Source: the human T2T-CHM13v2.0 reference genome, Homo sapiens. From it: a stretch of 64,000 nt of DNA. The position numbers and the translations under genes are program-made. Under the pieces are notes generated by a model. The model was not told the DNA's origin. It did no database searches and saw nothing but the letters and a program-made list of their open reading frames with translations. Below are positions 52,110 to 64,000 of the stretch, piece by piece (position 1 is the first letter of the stretch; each line of letters starts with the position of its first letter). The stretch lies in NCBI RefSeq assembly GCF_009914755.1, contig NC_060933.1; one strand, given 5' to 3'.

Positions 52110-52802
52110 GGTGGGGCAGAATTTGAACCCTAGTGTGTGCACTTCCAGAGACTATCTCTCTTTCTTCAATACCTCGGTGCCTCTTCGTCTGCCAGAGCTG
52201 GGCCTGAGCCACCCGGTGAGCGTGCTGAGCCAGCATGCAGCAGGGCTTAGCGGACGTGGGCAGAATAGCCAATGTGCCAGTCTCTCGGGGCCTGGGGGAC
52301 TGGCTGGCCAGAAGGTCGGGACCTCTGGTCCCCATCCACTCAGCCTCTGCCCCGCACTGCCAAGGGTACTCAGCTCTCGCCATAAAGCTGTTTCAACTTG
52401 ACTCTGACAGTCACATTTATCATTAAAAATAAATGTATCTTGGCTTCTGTGGCGTGGAAAACTACTGTGCAGTGATTCAATGGGCTTGTCACCCCTCACG
52501 GTTAGGCACGGGGAGCTGAATGACTGGATGGTCTCCAACGCCAGCTCCTCATTTTCTGCGGCTGGAGCCAGAAATGTACAGTGGGCTGACATTTAATTTA
52601 GAATCCAACATACCTTGACATAAACCCATAATACAAAGGCGGGGGTGGGGGTGGGGGCTGCCAAGCCTGGTCGGGGTCGGGGGGGAGTCCAAGTGACAGG
52701 GCGAATTTCTTTCTTTCTTTCTTTTTATTTTGCTTTGTCAACATTGAGTGGTGATGACAGACGAGAGGCCGTGATCAAAGGCGAGAATTAGCACGGAGAG
52801 AA

Positions 52803-52832
52803 TGTGTGTGAGTGTGTGTGTGTGTGTGTGTG
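52803..52832. repeat. (TG)n microsatellite, interrupted
   Basis: Directly visible. Confidence 0.85.
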
Positions 52833-53250
52833 CAGCCTGTGTGTCAATTCATGGGTGCATGGGTGGTGCGTCTGTGCCCTGAGCCCACTGGGATGCTGTG
52901 TGTGGCATCTTGCGATGTGTCCGAGGCTGGGCTGTCAAGACTGAGGCTAGAACCCCGGAGCAGGACAACGTGGTCACTCCGGGTGAGGACAGCACCTGCC
53001 AGTTCTGTCTTTGTGTCCCTAGCACTTACCGAAGGTCTTCTAACACAGTCAGTGCTCAATAAATGCAGAGCAGGAAGGGGAAACGTGATTTTAAAAGCTG
53101 GATGCAGAGTTCCTCTTAGGGAGAAAACTGGCTTTTTTTTTTTTTCTTTTTTCAGCAGAACATCCTGATGGACTATTTAGGTGTGAAAAGCAGAGGCTCA
53201 GGGGCTGACCTGGGAGGAGAAGCTGCAGGAAACCCAGCAAGAAATGCCCA

Positions 53251-53491
53251 GGTGGAGGGGTGGAGGGGTGGAGGGGTGGAAGGGTAGAGGGCTGGAGGGG
53301 TGGAGGGCTGGAGGGGTGGAAGAGTGGAGGGGTGGAGGGGTGGAGGGGTGGAGGGGTGGAAGGGTGGAAGGGTGGAGGGGTGGAGGGGTGGAGGGGTGGA
53401 AGGGTGGAGGGGTGGAAGGGTGGAGGGGTGGAGGGGTGGAGGGGTGGAGGGGTGGAAGGGTGGAGGGGTGGAAGGGTGGAGGGGTGGAGGG
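53251..53491. repeat. (GGGTGGAG/A)n 8-bp tandem repeat, about 30 units
   Basis: Directly visible; G-run rich on +. Confidence 0.95.
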
Positions 53492-54829
53492 GAGAGAGCA
53501 TGAGGTGGGGGGCAGAGTCCCCAGGCAGTTGGGATTCCGGGGAGGGACCACAGTGCTGGGAACCACAGCACTGACGCCATACACACCAGGGGATGTTTGC
53601 TCTTGCATGGAAAGTGATTTTCAGTGTCATGCTGCAGAATCCCATACGTTATCCTTCAGTCCTTGGTATAAAGTCCTCCCTGCTCAGTAGTCTTGTGTTG
53701 GTGATGGTTTGGGGAAATGAAAAGAGTGGGCCCTGCCCCACACCAAAGTCCAGGAAGGGAAGAAGGAGCTGTCCAGCACAGGTGGGGAGGGGAGAAGAGG
53801 GGTCCTATTGGGACCCAGAATTCAGACTGAGCAGGAAATCCAACCAGGGGTTGAGGAGGGATTACCTGAGCTTGTATCACTTCAACCTGCATTTTAGAGA
53901 CACATTCTAATCTCACAGATGCAGAATTTGGGGATCCCTGGACAGCTAACACTTGGGGTGCAAATGTTTCTTGTTGAATGAGAGGAACTGGGTGTAGTAA
54001 ATGAAATTCTTGCATGGAAGTCTGAATACAACTGGTGGCCGCATCCCGACCAACAGACAAGAGGACAAACTTTCAAAAATGCTGTGTCTTCTTCTCATCC
54101 TTCTTTTAGAGTCTGTCTACCAGAATTCCACCATCTGAAGTCCCCGGGGTGCAAATCCTGTTTGCTGTTAATTCTTCCAGCTCTCACGTATGGTGGCTTG
54201 TTGTGTCACGTGTTTTGCAATTTTGCATTGCGCGTTCCATCTTTGTCAGAGCTTTATCCGTGGGAATCGGTGTGTCTAGGCTGGGAGTCCGTCTCTCCCT
54301 GGGGGGTGAGCTTATACTTCCACGAGGCACCAGAAGACACTCCAAACCCAAGACTGCTTGAAGTTTAGTTCCCATCTTGCATGTAGAATAAATTCAGATC
54401 CAAAATATTCATGAGAACAGGCCTGTGGTTATTAATTTATGGGGGAAGTTTTTTCCTTGTCATCTTCCTAGTTTCCTTGTCATCTTCCTTTTTCTCCTGC
54501 AGAGAGAATTTTCCTACTCTGTCAGTTCACTGAGGGTGTGGCCCTGGCTTTATGTTGGGTCTGACTCCCTGCCTCCTTGGGGCCTAAGGCCTGTGTCCTG
54601 GGCCATGACACGCAAGGACATGGTGCCCATAACTGGTGATGCCCTGGGCCTCCATGGCTTCAGCCCCAGCTGCTCTGGGTTTCACGCTGCTCTTTGTTTC
54701 CTATTTGGCTGTACCTTGAAAAGGATCCAAGTTATTGTATCCAAGTTTTTGTTTGGGTGTCTGGTCTGCCATATTGTTGGAAGCAAAAGTCTCTTCTTCT
54801 CGAATGCCTACTTTTATTTTCTTTCTTAA

Positions 54830-56060
54830 AGTTTAAAGTCAAATTTACATATATTAAAATGGACACATCTTAAGGGTAACACTGGGGAGTTTTGACTACC
54901 ATGCCATTCAAGACACAAAATGTGGCCAGGCGTGGTGACTAACACCTGGAATCCCAGCACTTTGGGAAGCCCAGACGAGAGGATTGCTTGAGCTCAGGAG
55001 TTTGAGACCAGCCTGGGCAACATGGTGAGAATCCGTCTGTACAAGAAACAGAAAAAATTAGCTGGGAGTGGTGGCGTGTGCCTGTGGTTCCAGCTACTGG
55101 GAAGACTGGTCCCTTGAGTCCAGGAGCTCGAGGCTGCAGCGAGCCATGATCATGCCACTGCCCTGCCCTCCAGCCTGGATGACAGAGAAAGAGCCTGCCT
55201 AAAAAAAAAAAAAAAAAAAAATGGCCGGATGCGGTGGCTCACGCCTGTAATCCCAGCACTTTGGGAGGCCGAGGCGAGTGGATCACGAGGTCAAGAGTTC
55301 AAGACCAGCTTGACCAATATGGTGAAACCCCGTCTCTACTTCTACTAAAAATTAGCCAGGCGCTGTGGCAGGTGCCTGTAATCCCAGCTACTCAGGAGGC
55401 TGAGGCATGGAGAATTAATTGCTTGAACCTGGGCGGCAGAGGTTGCAGTGAGCCGAGATCACGCCATTGCACTCCAGCCTGGATGACAGAGTGAGACTCT
55501 GTCTCAAAAAAAAAAGAGAATATTTCTGTCACCCTAGAAAGTTCCCGTGCCCCTTTCCAGTAGCTTCCCCTGCAATCACTGTTCTGATTTCTACCTGCTT
55601 ATTTTTGCCTTTTCTTACTTAATGTAAATGGAGCCCTGTGGGGCATATTCTTTTGGGTCTGGCTTCCTTCGCTCCTTCGCTCCCCAGGTGAGCAGTGGGT
55701 GCACCCATGTTGTGTGCATGTTGGCAGCTCACTCCTTTTTATTGCCCGTGTATTTCATCATATGGTTCTGCCACAATCTGCTTAACCATTTTCCTGTTGG
55801 TGGGCATTTGGCCTGCTTCCAGTTGGAGCTGTTGAGAACAGTGTTGCTGTGGACATTTGTACACATGTCCCTGCTGCACATACGTACACACTCTTTGGGT
55901 ACATACCTAGGAATGGAATTGCTGAGTCATAGGGTGGGACTGTGTTTAACATTATCAGAAACTACAAAATTGCTTTACGATGTGGCTGTCCTATTTGACA
56001 CCCCCGCTGGCAGCACTTGGGGTTCCAGGTGCCCGGTTTATCTTCCAGCATCCCTTTGAG
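54830..56060 (-). mobile_element. Ancient L1M (L1MB/ME-type) 3' fragment interrupted by the Alu pair
   Basis: Typical antisense L1M 3' UTR words: CACATCTTAAG, TCACCCTAGAAAGTTCCC, TCTGGCTTCCTTCGCTC, TACCTAGGAATGGAATTGCTGAGTCATAGGGT. Confidence 0.7.
54924..55515 (+). mobile_element. Two tandem Alus (AluJ-like 54924-55221; AluS-type 55223-55515)
   Basis: Two consecutive dimers, each with poly(A), interrupting an old L1 3' end. Confidence 0.9.
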
Positions 56061-57064
56061 TGTCACAGTGAGAGATGGTGGCTGTGGTGTGTTTGCCGGG
56101 TCCCCTTGTCACTCATTCGCTCAGTTCATTCATTCATTCATTCAGTCAGTCAGTCATTCCACAAACATCCACCCAGCACCTCCCCTGCAGCCCCACTCAC
56201 CCTGTCTTGTCCTAATTCAGTCTGGGCTCTTGGGATGGGGGGCCGCCTCTCCCTGGGTGCAGCTCCTCCCTGGTAGGTATCCCCGCTTGGCACCACTCCT
56301 GCCAGAGGGTGCGTCTTAAAGCCGTGGTGGGGAGGGAAGGGCAGCTCAGCTGTCATCTGTGCCTCCGAGGATGTTGGCGTCTGAGTCAAACCTCAGAAAC
56401 CTGCCAGTGGTATGCAAGGGCTGCCAATCACAGTTCTGTTTCCCAGTCACCCCTCCCACCTGCACAGCTGCAAGTACCCAGCACCCTCTAACATCAGCGA
56501 CCAAACAGCCATGCCCTTATAAAAAAAATGGCCAAATTGCTTTCCGACATGGTCGTACTGCTTGACGCTCCTACTGGCAGAATACATTCAAACCCCAAAA
56601 TCTTCATGGGAACTCGCCACTGGTTATTAATTTGCAGGAGAAATCTTCCCCTGTCATCTTCCTTTCCCCCAGGTAGAATTTCTCCCCATCTGCCCATTCC
56701 CTGAAGGCATGGCCCTGGCTTTATGTTGGCTTCCTAGAGCCCAAGGCTTTGGCTTTGGGGTTGGGGTTCTGGGTGCCTCACATCTCATACTCTGGGTCCC
56801 GCTTCGACGCCCCTGCCTGGAGAAGGAGGTGAAGCTGCATAGAGAGAACCTCGGTTAGAGCCCCACCTGTATTGCTCCTTGGTGGGAAGACCCCCGCCTG
56901 AGCCTCGGGGGGATTCACAGGGCCTGGTGTTCCTGAGCGGTGCCCCCAACGGAACCCAGGTTTCCTTGCAGACCTACCAGAAAGCTCCCCCGACCACCCA
57001 TGTGCCCAGGGAGACTCTCATTCTCTCGCCTCTTCCCCCACCTCCCACATCCCATCCACCAGCA

Positions 57065-58230
<1,166 letters not shown>

Positions 58231-58240
58231 CAATTGCTTG

Positions 58241-58535
58241 AGGTGGGTGATGGCTCTGGAGAGACATTGACTCTTGAAGGGGCTGCAGGTGGGCGATGGG
58301 CTGCAGGTGGGTGATGGGCTGCAGGTGGGTGATGGGCTGCAGGTAGGCGATGGGTTCTAGGGAGTCATTGACTCTAGAAGGGGCTGCAGGTGGGCAATGA
58401 GCTGCAGGTGGGCGATGGGCTACAGGTGGGTGATGGGCTCTGGGGAGTCATTGACTCTAGAAGAGACTGCAGGTGTGCTATGGGTTCTAGGGAGTCATTG
58501 ACTCTAGAAGGGGCTGCAGGTGAGTGATGGCTCTC
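58241..58535. repeat. Composite minisatellite: 18-bp GGGCTGCAGGTGGGYGAT units interleaved with about 29-bp GGGTTCTAGGGAGTCATTGACTCTAGAAG units
   Basis: Unit order B-A4-B-A3-B-A1-B-A1 read directly. Confidence 0.88.
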
Positions 58536-58689
58536 TGGGTGATGGAAACCTTGCTCCTAAGTCCTCCCTCACTGTTAGAGAATTACACGGCCACACCCTT
58601 TGCCTGGTGCCTCCACTGTGTCTCCTACCCCATCGACCTTGGACTTGGCTGTGTGACTTACCTTGGCCTTAAGAGGCACACTCTGTAGT

Positions 58690-58870
58690 TCCCTCATGGC
58701 CATGAGAACATTTCCTGGGAAGCCACTGGTCCCAGAATGCTGATAGACGTTTGACACAGGCCTGAACCTGGCAGAGCTATAAGCCAGGAAAATAAATGCT
58801 GTTTCTGTAAGCCACTGAATATTGGGAGTGGTTGTTACACAGCATAGCACAGACAAAGCTGACTGATACA
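58690..58870 (+). mobile_element. MLT1 (ERVL-MaLR) LTR 3' fragment
   Basis: AATAAATGCTGTTTCTGTAAGCCACTG...GTTGTTACACAGCA...AGCTGACTGATACA. Confidence 0.65.
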
Positions 58871-59180
58871 CAAGCAAAGGCAAGGTCCTGTCTTCCCTCC
58901 CAGGGCAGTGACAGGAGGAAATAAGATTGTGCACCCCAGGGCTTGGCCAGCACACAGCAGGTGTTGAGCAAACATTCGTTTTACTACCATGCAGTTCACT
59001 GTGGACCTAAAGCAGAGACACTCCCTAAGTGTTTTCCTCATGGTAGCCCCTGCCACATGCCATCTGTATTTCTTTTAAATTTCACATTTGTATTCCAGTT
59101 ATAAAAATCACCTATTATCACTCTGCCCAGAGATAAGCCTGGTTACAATTTTGGGGTGCTTCCTTCTAGTCTGTTTTCTT

Positions 59181-59497
59181 TTCTTCTTCTTCTTTCTTTT
59201 CTTTCTTTTTTTTTTTCTTTTTGAGACAGGGTCTTGCTCTGTTGCCCAGGCTGTAGTGCAGTGCATGGCTCACTGCAGCCTCTACCTCCTGGGCTCAAGT
59301 GATCCTCTGATCCTCCTGCCTCAGCCTCCTAAGTAGCAAGGACTACAGGTGCACACCAGCTAATTTATTTCATTTTTTGTAGAGACAGGGTTTTGCTATG
59401 TTGCCAGGCTGGTCTGGGCAACTCCTGGGCTCAAGATATCCTTGCACCTCGGCCTCCCAAAGTGCTGGGATTATAGGTGTGAGCCACTTCACCCAGC
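59181..59497 (-). mobile_element. Alu (AluJ-like)
   Basis: T-rich tail, GAGACAGGGTCTTGCTCTG...CTCCTGGGCTCAAG; TSD TCTGTTTTCTT. Confidence 0.88.
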
Positions 59498-59769
59498 TTC
59501 TGTTTTCTTAGTAATTGCCAGAGACTCATAAATATTGGGCCAGCAGCAGCAACTTCTTGGGAATCTATTTGTCTATACTGATGTGCAACATGGACAGGGA
59601 GAAGGATCTTCATGATGTTTCTGTGGCAGGCACTTAGGGTTGGGATGGGAAAACAACAGCAGCGTTTATTCAACATTCACCATGTACCAGTGCAGCTCGC
59701 AGCATTGGATCTCCATCCACGTGGCCATTCAGTGCTCAACCTTCCAGAAGGTGCCAAGACCTGCAATTG

Positions 59770-60060
59770 CACCTTCTCCCCACAAGGGTAGCCCTCAGCC
59801 AATGGCAGATGGAGGTTGGAAGAGTCAGAGGATAAATACCCCAGCTCCCTCGCCCTTTGGGAGGGCATGTTCTACATGTTTCCCAGAGTTCCCTTGGGGT
59901 CTCCAGCCCCAGTGCCCAGTGCTGCAACTAACACACAGCACACACAGTTACAGATGCCTTCCTCTCCCTGTCTCCCCCTCCACTCCCCTTCCAGCGCTTC
60001 CTGGGTCACCTCCAAAGAAGCCACTGCTATTTACATCTCTGCTTTGGCAAAAGCCACCAT
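59770..60060 (+). mobile_element. LTR16-like (ERVL) LTR relic
   Basis: CAGCCAATGG...GGATAAATACCCCAGCTCCCTCGCCC...CTTCCTGGGTCACCTCC resembles the LTR16 family. Confidence 0.5.
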
Positions 60061-60240
60061 AAGGCAACTGGGTGCTGTGTGTGTGGGCTTGATGTGTCCC
60101 TCCCATTTTCTCTCACAACCGTTCAGCAAATCCTCCTTTAACCTCTGTTCTTGCAGCACCTACTGCTGCTATGTGACAATGACTGAGGTAGGGGTGAGTG
60201 TCTGTGCCCCACTGACCCTGTCTTGCCCAGACTGAGGTTA

Positions 60241-60885
<645 letters not shown>

Positions 60886-61892
60886 AATGAAACTCCCAAA
60901 CTCACTTTTAAACATAAGCCTATTTGACAGTGATATTAGCTCATATGTAGAGAGGATGTTCTTTGTACCAGCAGCTGAGCTGGGTATGCAACATGTGCCA
61001 ACTCATCCAATCCTGACAGTGACTCTTTATCTCCATACACAGGTGAGGAAACTGAGCACGGAGTGGCCACAAGGCTGAAGACAAAGATCTATACCCGGGT
61101 CATCTAACTCCAGAGGGGGTGGGGGAGGCACATGGTGTTTGTAAACCTCCCTTATTTCTGAACACTTATTTCTATTTTCTAGTTGTTGTAAACAGTGCAT
61201 AGTGAACAGCCTTGCCCTCAGTTGCAGTTTGCCTGGCTAATTACTTCCTTAGGGTGGATTCCCAGGAAAAGAATTACAGGGTCAAAGAGCGGGACTGTCT
61301 TTAAGACTCCAACCCTGTTGCCCAGCTCTGGCCTTGCTTTCCAGTCTCCCATCTTCTTTCCCACACTGTCTTAAGTCAATAGGAAGCGTACAGCCTTGGC
61401 CTCCCTCCACCCTGCCCACATCTGCCTGTCTGTACCCCTGAGGACGTGGGGGTGACCTCCATCCAAGCACCCTGGGTCCTGTTCTGTGTCCCAGCAGGGA
61501 GAGTCTTCATGTGGGGGCTGCAGGTGCCCCTGGCACACTGTAGGGGCTTGGTTGTGATTGAAGGAATGAATCAATGAATGAATGAGATTCCTGGCCTGCT
61601 TGGCTCCACTTTCCATTGCAAAGCGACCACCTGTGAAGCAGCCTTCTCAGTCTAGAGTCCAGAGGGCAGCCCTGAAGCTGAGAGGGTGGCTCCTCACTGC
61701 AGGTGTCAGAAGCGGGGAAGGGATGCAGACCCCAACCGCTCAGTCTGTACCCAAAGCCTATTTGATCCTGATGAAAGCTTCTCTTGCTGAAACAAGTGCT
61801 CCAGCCAGGATACCTTTGCTTAAGCCAGGCTCCCTGCCTGGAAGCCTCCCAGCTTGGATTTTCTAGTCTGAACAAGAAGGAGAACAAAAATA

Positions 61893-62690
<798 letters not shown>

Positions 62691-62700
62691 GGGTAGTTTT

Positions 62701-63015
62701 TTGTTTGTTTGTTTGTTTGTTTGTTTGTTTGTTTGAAACTGAGTCTCACTCCGTCATCCAGGTTGGAGTGCAGTGGTGCTATCTCAGCTCACTGCAGCCT
62801 CCACCCCTGGATTGAATCGATTCTCCTGCCTCAGCCTCCTGAGTAGCTGGGATTACAGGAGTGCACCACCACGCCCGGCTCATGTTTGTGTTTTTAGTAG
62901 AGACAGGGTTTCACCACATTGGCCAGGCTGGTCTCAAACTCCTGACCTCAAGTGATCTGGCTGCCTTGGCCTCCCAAAGTGCTGGGATTATAGGTGTGAG
63001 CCACCACACCCAGCC
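62701..63015 (-). mobile_element. Alu (AluS-type) with (TTTG)n tail
   Basis: Reverse-complement dimer; TSD GAGTGGGTAGTTTT. Confidence 0.9.
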
Positions 63016-63801
63016 AGAGTGGGTAGTTTTTAAAACCACCACAATTGCCCGCCAGGGGCACAAAGAGGACTCATGGGGATGGGTCTGATAAGTGCTGAGC
63101 CCAGTGCTGGGCACCTGCAGGCACTCAGTAGGTGGTGGACACTTGTTTTATTATGATTATCCAGCACCTAGCACCCAGTCTACCCCAAATAGCACCATCA
63201 ACATATCTTCCTGAATCCTGCCTCCCTCATTTCAGCCTTTGCTCTCAGGCAGCCAGGGGGTCCCCATTTTCAACAAGAAAAAGCCCAAACCCTTTTGCTT
63301 GGCAGTCAACCCCACCCCATCCAAACCAATCCCTCCTTTCTCTGCTGAATGTTTCCCCTGTGCCAGCCACTTCCTTCCCACCACCACACCCTTAGCCAGG
63401 CTATCACCCACCAAGAATCCTGCCCCATCTTGAGCCTCTGCCTTCATTTGAAGCCTATCATCCCCTGTGCCTCAGTATTTTCCTTCAGCTCTAGATTCTT
63501 GCAGTGCTCTAGCCATTTACACAGCCATCAAATTCCAGGCCTCTTCTGTCACTCACCGGTTCACCTCTGTCATCTTGTCTCCTGCCCAAGACTGCATCTC
63601 CTCTTGTCCCTTCTCTGAGAGGCCTGTGGTTGAGCACAGGGATGAATGAGAAAGAAACCCAGCCTGTCCTCAAGAAGTTGACAATGTGTCCCTCAAAGAC
63701 TGGGCTCATTGCTGCTACCTCTGGGAGTCCCAATGTGGAGGAGAGCTCTCAGTGGGTGTGCAGAAAATCTTGTCAGAAGTTACTGTCCCTGGGCAGGGCT
63801 A

Positions 63802-64000
63802 ATACCACCAGTATCACCATTATCATCATCACCACTATCGTCATCATCACCACCATCACCATCATTACCACCATCATCACCATCAATATCGACACCATCC
63901 TCATCATCATCATCACCACCATCATCAGCATCATCAGCAGCAGCAGCACCACCATTACCATCATTATCCCTACCATCTTCATCACCACCATCACCATCAC
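63802..64000. repeat. (CAT/CAC)n degenerate trinucleotide repeat, runs off the window end
   Basis: Directly visible. Confidence 0.95.

Noticed and set aside
58241-58535. CRISPR-like look (palindromic repeats of about 29 nt with spacers)
   Set aside because: The spacers are themselves tandem copies of one 18-mer with variable length; mammalian DNA with no cas genes

Overview
Human-type, GC-rich, Alu-dense genomic DNA. I recognise it as the QRFP-FIBCD1 locus (9q34, between ABL1 and LAMC3 from prior knowledge; neither neighbour is visible here). Two protein-coding genes lie in tandem on the minus strand. QRFP (26RFa/43RFa RF-amide precursor) has a single coding exon at 2300-2710 (136 aa). FIBCD1 (type II transmembrane, acetyl-group/chitin-binding fibrinogen-domain receptor) has 7 coding exons between 47486 and 12936 with GT-AG boundaries, summing to 1386 nt (461 aa + stop), and a CpG-island promoter at about 47.1-49.3 kb. 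The rest comprises about 20 Alus, a solo LTR12 (ERV9) antisense in FIBCD1 intron 5, old L1M/L2/MIR/MLT1/LTR16 relics, several minisatellites and AT-rich motif clusters that may be enhancers. I found no convincing new gene or system, and nearly all ORF-track entries are GC-rich or repeat-derived shadows. The best leads are regulatory or splicing hypotheses: a 60-nt GT-AG segment ending right at the QRFP ATG, a triple AATAAA in FIBCD1 intron 4, a composite IR1/E-box minisatellite upstream of FIBCD1, and an LTR12 with mutated proximal CCAAT/GATA boxes. Repeat boundaries and subfamily calls are by eye and approximate.
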